DNA of 64,000 nt from a virus: the IMG/VR virus record IMGVR_UViG_3300017971_000287. One strand, written 5' to 3'. The notes beneath the pieces are model-generated. The model saw only the letters and a program-made list of their open reading frames with translations. It was not told the origin of the DNA and ran no database searches. Within the stretch, counting starts at the first letter, position 1; the number at the start of each line of letters is the position of its first letter. The position numbers and the translations under genes are program-made. Below are positions 53,620 through 63,650 of this stretch, piece after piece.

Positions 53620-55218
53620 ATGCCTTCGCACAGAGACAAACTAGGACGTTTTACGTCTAATAGCAGACGCAGCTCACCAAAAGAAAACAACACAACAGAC
53701 AGTATTGCTCAGATGCTTGTTATGGAAAAGATGCTAGAGAATGTCCAGTTTGCAAGGACATACCTCAGCCGTTCTTTGAGTAGTTCTGCTGTCGATCCAC
53801 GCCGTAGTATCAACCACGATTGTGGATACCCAGAGACAGAACGTATTGCAGCTAAAGACTACCGTGATATGTTTGACCGTCATCCAGTAGCTGCCCGCGC
53901 AGTAGAAGTTTTGCCAGTCGAGTCTTGGCAACAACAACCCCGTGTATTTGAAAGTGAAGACGTTGAACAACAGACACCGTTTGAACTAGCGTGGGATGCA
54001 CTTAGTGACTCTTTGCTAGGACCAAGTTGGTTCAAGGTTCAAGAAGGCAACATTATTTGGCACTACTTACGTAGGCTCGACATTCTAAGTGGCATTGGGA
54101 GCTACGGTGTCTTGCTTTTTGGTATTGGAGACGGGCAAACAGATTTGTCACAACCTGTTAAATTTAACCTTGATGGCTCTGCGTCCAACCTAAAAAAGCT
54201 TTTGTATTTGAGGGTCTTTGACCAAAGCACTATCAGCATCAAACAAGTAGAAACAGATGAGGGAAATCCCCGTTTTGGACAACCTGTACTTTACGATCTG
54301 AAAATGAATGACCCTCGAATGCTTGAAGGAGCAAGCCAACAAGACAAAACTCAAACGGTGCATTGGACAAGGGTACAACATGTTGCAGACAATACGCTCA
54401 GCAGCGAATTATTTGGGATACCCCGCCAACAACAAATATGGGACAACCTTCTTGACCTCAAAAAACTCTATGGAGGTAGCGCAGAAATGTACTGGCGGGG
54501 TGCGCTGCCCGGCCTAGCCATTGAATCCCACCCACAGCTAGGGGGCGACATTGAGTTGACTGACGCACAAAAGACAACAATGAGAGAACAGATCGAACAG
54601 TACCAAAACACCTTACAACGGTATCTTTCGTTTGTTGGTTTTACAACTAAAAGTCTTTCTCCCCAAGTTGTCGACCCAAGCAAGCAAATTGCAGTCCAAC
54701 TGGAAGCCATCTGTGTTAAACTCGGTATTCCAAAACGTATCTTTATGGGAAGTGAGCGAGGAGAACTAGCCAGTGGGCAAGATGACGAAACATGGAACGA
54801 TAGACTGCGAGAAAGACAGTTCCATCATGTTATCCCTAGAATTATTGTGCCCTTTATCAACAGACTGATTCTGCTCGGAGTACTACCAGTACCACAAGAA
54901 CAGTTCACGGTAGAATTTCCAGACCTCAGTTCTCCCTCTGAACAAGATCAAGCAGCAGTGGCTGTCCAACGTACTGAAGCAATGACAAAGTATGTTAACG
55001 GTAGTGTTGATGCCCTCATCGCACCAAAAGATTTTCTTGTACGTATTCTTCAGATGAAAGAACGGGAAGCAGAAGAGATTATTGAAGGAGCGATGGGCCA
55101 GGAGCAACGCTTACAACCCACGGAGGATGAAGATGAGCCGGAAGAACAGAGTGCCCAATCCAACCCCTCTGGAAATCCAAAACAGAGCAGCAGAGATACG
55201 AAAGCATTGGAATCGTAA
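53620..55218 (+). CDS. Portal protein (DUF1073-like)
   Basis: 532 aa after TerL; HPVAARAVEVLP, FG.P..Y, HWTRV, LGIPKRIFMG, LASGQDD. Confidence 0.85.
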   Translation: MPSHRDKLGRFTSNSRRSSPKENNTTDSIAQMLVMEKMLENVQFARTYLSRSLSSSAVDPRRSINHDCGYPETERIAAKDYRDMFDRHPVAARAVEVLPVESWQQQPRVFESEDVEQQTPFELAWDALSDSLLGPSWFKVQEGNIIWHYLRRLDILSGIGSYGVLLFGIGDGQTDLSQPVKFNLDGSASNLKKLLYLRVFDQSTISIKQVETDEGNPRFGQPVLYDLKMNDPRMLEGASQQDKTQTVHWTRVQHVADNTLSSELFGIPRQQQIWDNLLDLKKLYGGSAEMYWRGALPGLAIESHPQLGGDIELTDAQKTTMREQIEQYQNTLQRYLSFVGFTTKSLSPQVVDPSKQIAVQLEAICVKLGIPKRIFMGSERGELASGQDDETWNDRLRERQFHHVIPRIIVPFINRLILLGVLPVPQEQFTVEFPDLSSPSEQDQAAVAVQRTEAMTKYVNGSVDALIAPKDFLVRILQMKEREAEEIIEGAMGQEQRLQPTEDEDEPEEQSAQSNPSGNPKQSSRDTKALES

Positions 55219-55345
55219 TACTGAACGGCGTCGTCTTGGATGCAAACAAAAACCGTTCACAATTCCAGAGTACCGTATTGTAAAGCCAAAAGACCCAATC
55301 GACGTTATTTGTTTTGAAAGAGTGGACGGTGATGAGACAGCCTAA
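55133..55345 (+). CDS. Small hypothetical protein
   Basis: GGAGG SD, ATG 55133; PTPLEIQNRAAEIRKHW helix; overlaps the portal 3' end. Confidence 0.55.
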   Translation: MSRKNRVPNPTPLEIQNRAAEIRKHWNRNTERRRLGCKQKPFTIPEYRIVKPKDPIDVICFERVDGDETA

Positions 55346-55538
55346 CAAAGTAACCATCACTGACGTCGTAATAAGCAAAGCATTCCTTAACCACCAAACA
55401 GTGAAGGGCACTATCTATCACCGTTGTGTTTTCTATGGCTCGGTTCTTTTGGTCCCTGGTTCTTTGTGTAGCTATTGTTGGTTTCTGTATGTTTTGAAGA
55501 ACCCTCGGACCTATCCTGTCTATTTTAGTGAGAACTAG
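55332..55538 (+). CDS. Small hypothetical protein
   Basis: ATG 55332 overlapping the upstream ORF; fills the gap before MuF. Confidence 0.4.
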   Translation: MRQPNKVTITDVVISKAFLNHQTVKGTIYHRCVFYGSVLLVPGSLCSYCWFLYVLKNPRTYPVYFSEN

Positions 55539-55542
55539 TTCA

Positions 55543-57345
55543 ATGCCCAACCCTCTACGGCTTGACCCAACACGGACAATCACACTTAGAAGGCGGTTTG
55601 TTCAAGAACTGTTTAGACGATTGAACTGGTTACGGAGCCAAATCCTTTTGCTAGTTGACAGGGAGGATGCTTTTGGATTGCGTCTTGCGCACAGAGTCTT
55701 CAACACGGAGGTACAGAATCAACGGTTTGCTTTTCGTAGCAGTGCAAAGCAGCTAGAAGCATTCCAACAGTGGTTACAAAAGCAAGTAGACCAAGGTGTC
55801 CTACCCAAACCGACAGGCTCTACTTCAGAGGGCTACTGGCGGTCATTTGTTGAAGAGGGATACCGTAAGGGGGCTGGTCGTGCCTTTGACGACACTAGAA
55901 AGCCCTACGCCAGAGGATATGCAGAAAAAGGAACGTCTGTTAATGACTTTTATGAAGGCACTCGTTATGAGTTTTTACGCTCTTCATTTGCCCAACCAGA
56001 GACAATTTCAAAGGTGGAACTACTGGCTAGTCGCACTTACACTGATCTAAAAGGGGTTACTTCTACGATGGGAGTACGGATGGGACAAACCTTAGCGCAA
56101 GGACTCGCTGAAGGACAGAATCCAAGAGTGATTGCACGCAGACTAAACCAAACCATTCAAACGTTGGGTAAGAACCGTGCTAAGGCCATCGCACAAACAG
56201 AGATCATTAGAGCCCATGCTGAAGGACAATTGGATAGCATTCAGCGGTTAGGCATTAAAACGGTTACAGTTATGGCCGAATGGTCTACAGCGGGTGACGA
56301 CCGAGTATGTCCTGCCTGTGAGGCATTAGAGGGAGCCGTCATGACACTACGGGAAGCAAGAGGCATTATTCCTCGGCATACTAACTGCCGTTGCACATTC
56401 TTACCTGCTAATGTAGGAGAGAAGCCACGCAACCGTAGTGCTCAAAGTCTGCGGTCTGCAATTGACACTAGCTTACGTGCTGAGCTTCCGAAGGGGCGTG
56501 TTATCAGTAAGTTGGGCAGACGGTTCAGAGACCCTGTTACTGGTCGCTTCACTCTGAAGAAGGGTCGCACTCTTGCGGAGCAAAAGAAGATTAGTACTTG
56601 GCCTGGAGCCACTAAGACTGTCGCTAGGCAACGTCCAAAGCCATTCTTACCAGAAGAGAAGAAGGCACTAAAGCTACCTAAGAAAGCAACGGTTGGTAAA
56701 TCTCTAACTCCTGCGGAGGTAAAAGCAGTCAATGTTTACACCGCTGTACCAGGAGGAGAAAGCACTGAAAATCTACAAGCTATTTTAGTTGGCAAAAGAA
56801 GCATTAAGACGGATGCCGAAAAAGTGTTTGCTGCTCACTTTAGAGGAGCAGTTGAAAAACTGCCTACTAAAAGAGCCACCGCCTATCGTGGACTTGCTGT
56901 AAAAGACATTGGAGAGTTTCAAGTGGGCAAGTTTGTGAGGGCAAATGCAATAGACAGTTGGACCACTGACCAAACCGTTGCAGAGATGTACTCAATTACT
57001 GGGAGAGGAGTGAGTGTTGCTAGGGGTACTGGTAGAGAGACGATGGTGGTGTTGAAGTACAAAGGAAAATACATTGACCCTAGTAAAGTCATTAAGAATC
57101 CTAGTGGTAAAGAGGTTTGGGCATTAGACCGTTCAGGCTACACAGTAACAAGGCTCAACAAAAAGATTGAGGATGGGTTTACCTTCTATGAAGCAGAACT
57201 CAAGTTGGCCAAAACAGAAGCAGTAGCTCAAGCAAAGATTGCAGAGCTAGAAAGCCGTATTGCTATAGCTAAGAAGTACAGACTTAAAAAGTCTCAACAG
57301 GAACTGGAGACGGAGCTACAGGCTTTGCTGTCTAAGAATACATGA
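55543..57345 (+). CDS. Head morphogenesis protein (MuF/SPP1 gp7) fused to a C-terminal ADP-ribosyltransferase-like domain
   Basis: RAKAIAQTE..RAH, WSTAGDDRVCPAC, PRHTNCRC; C-term YT...AYRG...DSWTTD...KEV (R-S-E-like). Confidence 0.8.
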   Translation: MPNPLRLDPTRTITLRRRFVQELFRRLNWLRSQILLLVDREDAFGLRLAHRVFNTEVQNQRFAFRSSAKQLEAFQQWLQKQVDQGVLPKPTGSTSEGYWRSFVEEGYRKGAGRAFDDTRKPYARGYAEKGTSVNDFYEGTRYEFLRSSFAQPETISKVELLASRTYTDLKGVTSTMGVRMGQTLAQGLAEGQNPRVIARRLNQTIQTLGKNRAKAIAQTEIIRAHAEGQLDSIQRLGIKTVTVMAEWSTAGDDRVCPACEALEGAVMTLREARGIIPRHTNCRCTFLPANVGEKPRNRSAQSLRSAIDTSLRAELPKGRVISKLGRRFRDPVTGRFTLKKGRTLAEQKKISTWPGATKTVARQRPKPFLPEEKKALKLPKKATVGKSLTPAEVKAVNVYTAVPGGESTENLQAILVGKRSIKTDAEKVFAAHFRGAVEKLPTKRATAYRGLAVKDIGEFQVGKFVRANAIDSWTTDQTVAEMYSITGRGVSVARGTGRETMVVLKYKGKYIDPSKVIKNPSGKEVWALDRSGYTVTRLNKKIEDGFTFYEAELKLAKTEAVAQAKIAELESRIAIAKKYRLKKSQQELETELQALLSKNT

Positions 57346-57572
57346 ACTATACCAAGACGGAACAACGAATACTAGCGGTGTTAGCTGACGGAGAGCCACA
57401 CCTACCGCGTGAGCTAGTTGCTTGTATTGAAGATGACCTAGCTACTAGCCGCACTCTTCATAATCACCTGGTGCGTATCCGCCGTAAACTGCCGGAAGAA
57501 GAAACCATTTTGTGTCAATTATGGCGGCATACTAGGTGGTATCGGCGTGTAAGACTCTTTCGAGTAGTCTAG
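57342..57572 (+). CDS. Small winged-helix protein
   Basis: YTKTEQRILAVLADG, RTLHNHLVRIRRKL (OmpR-C-like). Confidence 0.7.
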   Translation: MNYTKTEQRILAVLADGEPHLPRELVACIEDDLATSRTLHNHLVRIRRKLPEEETILCQLWRHTRWYRRVRLFRVV

Positions 57573-57641
57573 CGGGTTAGATTAGACTTCTTTTTGGGAC
57601 TACTATAGCGGATTGCTCTGGTAGGCGAGTAAACTATACGT

Positions 57642-58805
57642 ATGGAAAAGATCGTTACCAACTTGGGCAGTGTTCGCCGTGAAGTCCTTGATGGCAAAGC
57701 CTATCTTGTTGCTCCCGTAACGATGATAGTGCCCGGTGTCTTGAATGGCTCACAGGGTGCTATTTTCTACTCTCCTGAAGAGTTAAAGCGTTCTGTGGCT
57801 AACTGGAACGGTTTGCCTATCGTGGTAGAGCATCCGTCAGATGGTGGTTCTGCCCGTCGTCCTGAAGTGCTTGCCAAGCAAGGAGTGGGGAAGGTTTTTA
57901 ACGCTCAAATCAAAGATAACAAGTTGGTTGCCGAAGCGTTTTTTGACACCGACCAGGCCTTGCAGACAAATCCACGTATTCTTTTCAATCTAGGGGCACG
58001 TCGCAAAATGGAACTCAGTACCGGGTTGCAGGGCGACATTGAAAAGATTGAAGAGCAGCAATACAACGGTGTAACGTACCAATCCGTCATTAAGAATCTT
58101 CGCCCAGACCACTTAGCAGTATTGTTAGAAAGTGAGGGTGCTTGTTCTCTTAAAGACGGTTGTGGGGTTCTTAACAAAAATGGTAGTCATAAGGAGACTA
58201 GCAAGATGGATCCAGAAGAAAAGAAGGCAATGGTGGATACACTCATTGCTAACCACTGTTGCTGGGATGAAGAGGATCGTGAAGTTCTCAACGCCATGTC
58301 AGATGAAAAGCTCAAAAGCTTTTCCGATGAGCTCGACAAGCAGCAGCAGCGAGAGGCTGTTCACAATGCGGCTATAAAAGGGTTCACTGACCCTGGAGGC
58401 AGTTCCCACGTTTTTAATGAGAAGGAAAAGAAGTGGGAAACCAAGACCCCAAAGGAGAAAGATGAAAAGACGCCCTCTAAAACTGATCCTGTTCAAAATC
58501 AGCAGGCTGTTCTTACTGATGAACAGAAAGAGGACCTAGAATGGGCCCGTGCTGAAAAGGAGAAGCAACGGACTACCGCCATCGGAGTTATTACCGCCAA
58601 CAAAGAAAACAAGTTGACGGAAGAGCAACTGGCAGCAATGTCCTTGTCTGTCTTGCAGAACGTAGCTGCTTCCTTGCCCAAGAAGGAAGAGACAAAGGTG
58701 CTTAACTTCGCTGGAGCAGCTGGAGCTTCCCAATCTCAGAAGGACAAGCCAAAACCTCTTGGCATTCCTAAGCGGGAGTATCCTTCTCTCAGTGCTGCAA
58801 AGTAG
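57642..58805 (+). CDS. Prohead protease/scaffold (DUF2213-like)
   Basis: NGLPIVVEHP, ELSTG, PDHLAVL, GACS..DGCG, helical C-terminal scaffold. Confidence 0.82.
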   Translation: MEKIVTNLGSVRREVLDGKAYLVAPVTMIVPGVLNGSQGAIFYSPEELKRSVANWNGLPIVVEHPSDGGSARRPEVLAKQGVGKVFNAQIKDNKLVAEAFFDTDQALQTNPRILFNLGARRKMELSTGLQGDIEKIEEQQYNGVTYQSVIKNLRPDHLAVLLESEGACSLKDGCGVLNKNGSHKETSKMDPEEKKAMVDTLIANHCCWDEEDREVLNAMSDEKLKSFSDELDKQQQREAVHNAAIKGFTDPGGSSHVFNEKEKKWETKTPKEKDEKTPSKTDPVQNQQAVLTDEQKEDLEWARAEKEKQRTTAIGVITANKENKLTEEQLAAMSLSVLQNVAASLPKKEETKVLNFAGAAGASQSQKDKPKPLGIPKREYPSLSAAK

Positions 58806-58842
58806 TTTCATTACGTAATCAATCCTTTTTTGGAGAAAGATA

Positions 58843-59349
58843 ATGAAAGGAACTTCAATTATCGTAACGGCAAATCCGGGTGGTGTCTTTGAAGAAGGCA
58901 TTATCAACGGCACGCCTAAACCAGGTGTTGTCCTTGAAATGGACGATACTGTTGCTGCTGTCGGCAATTGCTTTACCTGGCAACCTTACGGTACCACCGC
59001 TGGTTCTAGTGGCCAGGGTGTTGACAACGATGGAGACCAGAAGATCATTGCCATCCTTTTAGAAAAGAAGGATGAGGGCGGTGTCTATGACCGTTCCTAT
59101 GTGGATGCTGAACGGTGCTTTATTTACTTCCCGTTGATGGGCGAACTGTTCAACATGATCCTGGAAGATGTGGCTGGGACTGGTGACGACTTCTTCATCG
59201 GAGAAGAACTAATGGTGGACGATGGGACGGGTAAACTTTTAACAGCAGACAATAATGCTGAAGCGCACCCATTCACCTGTCTTGAGACAATTACCAATCC
59301 TACTGCTGACCATTACGCTTGGGTCCGGTATAACGGGTCAGCAGGTTAG
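58843..59349 (+). CDS. Capsid decoration/cement protein
   Basis: 168 aa between scaffold and major capsid protein, G/D-rich. Confidence 0.65.
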   Translation: MKGTSIIVTANPGGVFEEGIINGTPKPGVVLEMDDTVAAVGNCFTWQPYGTTAGSSGQGVDNDGDQKIIAILLEKKDEGGVYDRSYVDAERCFIYFPLMGELFNMILEDVAGTGDDFFIGEELMVDDGTGKLLTADNNAEAHPFTCLETITNPTADHYAWVRYNGSAG

Positions 59350-59385
59350 TGCTCTGACAACAGGAGCCTCAAAAAGGAGAATTCA

Positions 59386-60594
59386 ATGAATGCTTTTATT
59401 TCTAATGTTGAAGTAGACTTGATCCTGAATGGTAGAGCAATCGGTGGTGATCTTGCTCAACATTTTGGACAAGTAAATTTCGATCCAGGCTTGATGAGGC
59501 CTTGGATCGACGGAGATGGTGCGAAGTACCTTGACGTTCGTACCGGAAAAATGGTTACCAACGAAAAGGGAGAACGGGTGGCAGAGGTTGATGTGGCTCC
59601 TCTGAGCACGTTTATCAACAACGGGATGGCGCCACAGGTCTATAACTCAACGGCCTTGCCAAAGGACGTTTGGGAACGGATTGACCGTAGTGTGCTGCAA
59701 GCTTCTCGCGACCGAGAACGTGCTTGGGCTGACCTTCGTGCTGCGGAAACCTTCAGTGGATTTGACGGAATGGGGACTACTGCCCTTATTCGCGACACTA
59801 TGACTGACCCTGGTGATGCGAAGGTAGACATGGACGGTATCAGCCAGGACATGGGTGATCGTCCTCTCTTCACGCCAGACATTCTGCCGTTGCCCATTAC
59901 CCACTGTGGTTTCTACCTTTCTCAACGAGTATTGGCCCAGAGTCGTAACAGTGGTATGCCGCTAGACACTACCTTGGCTGGTGCTTGCGGGCGGCGTGTT
60001 TCTGAGTCTATCGAAAAGATGACTATTGGTACTTCTGACTTTTCCTCGATGACTATGGGAAGTTCAACAGAGTACACTAACAGGGGCATTTACGGTTTTA
60101 TCACTCAACCGGACAGGATCACCAAGACGGATGTCACGGCTAGTAGCAGCTTTGTTGCTTCTACTTTCGTTGACGAAGTGTTGGCAATGCGTGACTTGGC
60201 TTACGCTCAGAAGTTTTATGGTCCTTTCATCCTCTACACCAGTACAAACTGGGATCAGTATCTTGACCGAGACTACTGGCGATACGTGACCTCTGGTGGT
60301 GCTGCTCCGACAGGGACCGTCCGTGACCGTGTTGCACGGATTGAAGGAATTTCTGCGGTTCGTCGGTTGGACTTCTTGACTTCTACTGACGTGCTGATCC
60401 TTGTCCAAATGACAAGTGAGACGGTACGTGCAGTTGTTGGCACTGAGTTGATTACTGTCCAATGGGAAACCCGTGGCGGTATGCAGACCAACTTCCAAGT
60501 TATGGCCGTGCAAGTTCCAGACTTGCGTAGCCAATACGTTGGCACAAGCACGAGCAGCCGAGTCAGCGGTATTGTACACGGTACAACGTCGTAA
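59386..60594 (+). CDS. Major capsid protein (HK97 fold)
   Basis: 402 aa, AAGGAG SD, synteny; LPLPITH..F.L..R.L..SR, DTT.A...GRRVSE.IEK. Confidence 0.82.
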   Translation: MNAFISNVEVDLILNGRAIGGDLAQHFGQVNFDPGLMRPWIDGDGAKYLDVRTGKMVTNEKGERVAEVDVAPLSTFINNGMAPQVYNSTALPKDVWERIDRSVLQASRDRERAWADLRAAETFSGFDGMGTTALIRDTMTDPGDAKVDMDGISQDMGDRPLFTPDILPLPITHCGFYLSQRVLAQSRNSGMPLDTTLAGACGRRVSESIEKMTIGTSDFSSMTMGSSTEYTNRGIYGFITQPDRITKTDVTASSSFVASTFVDEVLAMRDLAYAQKFYGPFILYTSTNWDQYLDRDYWRYVTSGGAAPTGTVRDRVARIEGISAVRRLDFLTSTDVLILVQMTSETVRAVVGTELITVQWETRGGMQTNFQVMAVQVPDLRSQYVGTSTSSRVSGIVHGTTS

Positions 60595-60613
60595 TTCGTG
60601 ACGGTTCGCCTGG

Positions 60614-60671
60614 CACCCCGCCCTACCTACTAGCAGTCGTGGCTTCGGCTTGGGTAGGGTGAGGGTGTTTT
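60614..60671 (+). terminator. Terminator-like hairpin after the major capsid gene
   Basis: CACCCCGCCCTACCT / GGGTAGGGTGAGGGTG imperfect stem followed by TTTT. Confidence 0.55.
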
Positions 60672-60709
60672 ACTCTCTTTCTCTCTCTTTCAAAAATTGG
60701 AGCTATACC

Positions 60710-61108
60710 ATGGCCGTCTTTAAGATTCTTAGAGGAGTCCACGCTACAACCCTTCCTAATGGCAAAGAAGGAATGTTTGTTGCTAACAGTAACAACGACA
60801 CCTTTGAGTCAAGAAGCAATTTGTTGCGACACAATGGGGAGGGCAGTCCTCCCCGCTATGAATTGGTGTCTGGTTCAGAAGATGAATACGATAAAAAGAC
60901 AGGACTGCTCAAGTCTCTTCTCAAAAAGAGGGCCAAGGCTGTAGCAAGTCTTGAAGAAGAGGAGAAGGGAAAGACAAAGACTGCAGTGAAATCACCTACG
61001 TCTTTAGATCAACTCTCTAACCAACAGTTGGTTGCGCTTGCTGAAAAAGAAGGAATTGACGTAGGCAAGATGAAAAAGACTGAAATCATTGCAGCCTTAC
61101 AAGGGTAG
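60710..61108 (+). CDS. Protein with C-terminal Rho-N/HeH-like helical domain
   Basis: LDQLSNQQLVALAEKEGIDVGKMKKTEIIAAL; GGAG SD, ATG 60710. Confidence 0.7.
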   Translation: MAVFKILRGVHATTLPNGKEGMFVANSNNDTFESRSNLLRHNGEGSPPRYELVSGSEDEYDKKTGLLKSLLKKRAKAVASLEEEEKGKTKTAVKSPTSLDQLSNQQLVALAEKEGIDVGKMKKTEIIAALQG

Positions 61109-61113
61109 TCACC

Positions 61114-61524
61114 ATGGCTACACGAACTGATCCGGCAGCAGTACGAGCAACGATTGATGCAGATTCTAGCATCAGTGTTGATCCTCACATTCGTACTGCC
61201 AACGTTCTTACGGATAAGATAGCTGCCCAGGACAGTGATAGCCTATTGGATGCTGACCTGCTTTGCGAGATTGAAACGTACTTAGCTGCCCACTTTTATG
61301 CTTTTCGTGACCAACAATTCAAGGAAGAAAAAACTGGAGACGCCTCTGCTGTGTACCAAGGCAAAACAGGTATGCACTTTAACAGCACGTTGTGGGGGCA
61401 AACGGCGGTAGCTTTAGACCTTACTGGATTCCTTGCTGAACTTAGTAAGGGAAGGATACGCAGACAAATTACATGGTTGGGTCTTCCACCTAGTGAACAA
61501 ACCTCTTATGAGGATCGTGACTAG
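61114..61524 (+). CDS. Head-tail adaptor
   Basis: IETYLAAHFY, STLWGQTA..LD.TG.L (DUF4054-like); synteny. Confidence 0.75.
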   Translation: MATRTDPAAVRATIDADSSISVDPHIRTANVLTDKIAAQDSDSLLDADLLCEIETYLAAHFYAFRDQQFKEEKTGDASAVYQGKTGMHFNSTLWGQTAVALDLTGFLAELSKGRIRRQITWLGLPPSEQTSYEDRD

Positions 61525-61895
61525 TGTCATTGGCGACTAAACATCTGAATCAGACGGCGATGCTTTGGACCGCCTCTACAACTAGAGACGACGATGGAGA
61601 AATCCAAGTTAATGCTGGAACTGCTATCAGTGTTCGCTGGGAAGATGCAAAAGGAACGATTCAGGACGGCCAAGGAGACAACGTAAGATACGACGCCAGT
61701 GCTGTTGTTGACGAGGACATAGCATTAGAGGGTGTTATGTATTTGGGGACTGAAAGCGAGTACACCAACGATAGTAGTCCTGATCTGTACCGAATAGTTG
61801 GCGTCAGTAAAATCCCTGACGTCAAAGGACGGAATCCCAGGCGGGTCGTCTTGTTAGCACGACTCAGCCACACTTTACCCACTCTAGTTTCATAA
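61524..61895 (+). CDS. Head closure / stopper protein
   Basis: 123 aa after the adaptor; ISVRWED; GTG start coupled to the upstream stop. Confidence 0.65.
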   Translation: MSLATKHLNQTAMLWTASTTRDDDGEIQVNAGTAISVRWEDAKGTIQDGQGDNVRYDASAVVDEDIALEGVMYLGTESEYTNDSSPDLYRIVGVSKIPDVKGRNPRRVVLLARLSHTLPTLVS

Positions 61896-61906
61896 GGAGC
61901 GTTGCT

Positions 61907-62164
61907 ATGGAGTATGTAGTGCTTTTTGAGGCAGTTGTTGAGTTGATTAAGCAGTGCTTAGAGAACCGTACTGTAGAAGAGATCAAATCAGGGCTGATGA
62001 AGCCTAAGGCACTAGAGATAGTGGCCTTCACTCGGTTATTGCGAAAAGAGGGGTATCGTGGACGTGAGCTAAGGCAAAAACGAAGAGAAGGGTTTGAAGA
62101 ACTGAAGAGTGCTGGTCTTGTAGACCAGTTGGTTAGAGAGGCCACAGAACAAGGGGAGAACTAA
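61907..62164 (+). CDS. Small hypothetical protein
   Basis: AAGGAG SD, 85 aa. Confidence 0.6.
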   Translation: MEYVVLFEAVVELIKQCLENRTVEEIKSGLMKPKALEIVAFTRLLRKEGYRGRELRQKRREGFEELKSAGLVDQLVREATEQGEN

Positions 62165-62166
62165 CC

Positions 62167-62826
62167 ATGCTTCGTAAAATGGCATTGGCAGGAATCCTAC
62201 TTTTAGCAACCACAACGTTGGGCCTGTCTGCCCCTCCCGTGGCTAAGATCACTGGGACCAGTGTTGTTGTCATTGACATTACTGAGTCACAGGGTGATGC
62301 AGTACGGCTAGTTAGTGTCCCAGCAGAAGCATTGAACCATTGTAGCGGCCGCACGTTGGATGGTAGAAGCGTGCTGGAATTCTACTGGCCAGGACACCCA
62401 CGAGTAACGTTTCTGGTTTTTGCGTCTGTCGGCGCACAAGACACGGTTGCTCGATATGTTGTACCGGCTGATGGAGAGCCGGCACCGGACCCTACGCCGG
62501 ACCCGTTACCTCCAGGAGAAAAACGAGTGGTAATTGTCCACGAGACTCTCAATCCAGAGTACCCTCACACGAAGCTGATCGCACAACTGGCTCTAAGTTT
62601 CCAACAGAAGGGCCAAGACTACCGGCTGTTCGACCCTCAACAGACCGAAGCGGGAAAGACTCCTGCGTGGGCCCAGGCTGTCTTAGACGTAGCAACCAAA
62701 CTCGACCAACCTCTGCTAGCCGTGGTTACTCGCAACGAAAAAGGATACTCAGTCGTTGGCGTTAGTAGCTTTCCAACAACGTTAGAACAAGCAGAGACGT
62801 TTCTGAAAGAGAAAGGGGTTCAATAA
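62167..62826 (+). CDS. Signal-peptide protein with Pro-rich linker (putative lysis accessory)
   Basis: MLRKMALAGILLLATTTLGLSAPP signal; PAPDPTPDPLPP linker. Confidence 0.65.
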   Translation: MLRKMALAGILLLATTTLGLSAPPVAKITGTSVVVIDITESQGDAVRLVSVPAEALNHCSGRTLDGRSVLEFYWPGHPRVTFLVFASVGAQDTVARYVVPADGEPAPDPTPDPLPPGEKRVVIVHETLNPEYPHTKLIAQLALSFQQKGQDYRLFDPQQTEAGKTPAWAQAVLDVATKLDQPLLAVVTRNEKGYSVVGVSSFPTTLEQAETFLKEKGVQ

Positions 62827-63581
62827 TGAGATACTCTGAAACCCCTTTAATTGCTCCTCCTGGAAAGCGCAAAGGTTGCTTGCGTAGAACAGACTCGTTT
62901 GGTTCTCGTTTTAAGCCAATGGCGGACCAAACGAGAATATTGTCTTGGGAAGAAATCAAGCACCGTATGCATTCTGCCCTTTCCCTTCGCCCCTTTGTAC
63001 GGCAGATTCTTGATCAAGATGGTGTGGGTTCTTGTGCAGCCGAAGCAGTAACTCAAGCTATTATGACAACACGGGTCAAGGCGGGACAACCTCACGTGTT
63101 GCTAAATCCTTGGAGCATCTACCAAGAAACTTCCGGTGGACGAGACAGAGGAAGCAACATAGGAGACAACATTGCTTTTGCTACAGAGCAGGGTTGTCTA
63201 CCAAAAGCTGTTTGGCCGAGAAGCAAAGGTTGGCGAACAAAACCGCCCCAAGAGTTGTGGGATCGGTATGGAAAGCATTTCCGACTAGATGAAGTAGGAG
63301 AAATTGGTGAAGCACAAGAGACAGCAAGTGCTCTAGTAGATGCTTTTGCTATCGTGTTTGGGTGGCAAGGACATAGCTGTATGTTAGACCATCTACTAGA
63401 TGAAGACACTGCTGAGTATGCAAACTCTTGGAAGCAAACTTGGGGAGATGAAGGTTTTGGAAAGGTGTATTTAAGGTCTATTAACTATGGCTATGGTCAG
63501 TTTGCTGTCCGGACAACAACTATTTGTCCAAAAAGAGTATTGGATGAGTTGGCAGTCATAGGAAGCTCTAGCAATAGCTAA
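62826..63581 (+). CDS. Papain-like C1 cysteine peptidase
   Basis: QDGVGSCAA (Gln/Cys), GHSC (His), NSWKQTWGDEGFG (Asn). Confidence 0.85.
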   Translation: MRYSETPLIAPPGKRKGCLRRTDSFGSRFKPMADQTRILSWEEIKHRMHSALSLRPFVRQILDQDGVGSCAAEAVTQAIMTTRVKAGQPHVLLNPWSIYQETSGGRDRGSNIGDNIAFATEQGCLPKAVWPRSKGWRTKPPQELWDRYGKHFRLDEVGEIGEAQETASALVDAFAIVFGWQGHSCMLDHLLDEDTAEYANSWKQTWGDEGFGKVYLRSINYGYGQFAVRTTTICPKRVLDELAVIGSSSNS

Positions 63582-63650
63582 GAACAAAAACAAAACAAGG
63601 ACTAAAAGTGTTACCTATTTAACTCAGACTGTACCTTTGGGGAAGCAATT

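Noticed and set aside
53620-55218. Anti-CBASS label sometimes attached to DUF1073 proteins
   Set aside because: Size and position between TerL and MuF indicate a portal; no 2H-phosphoesterase HxT motif pair seen
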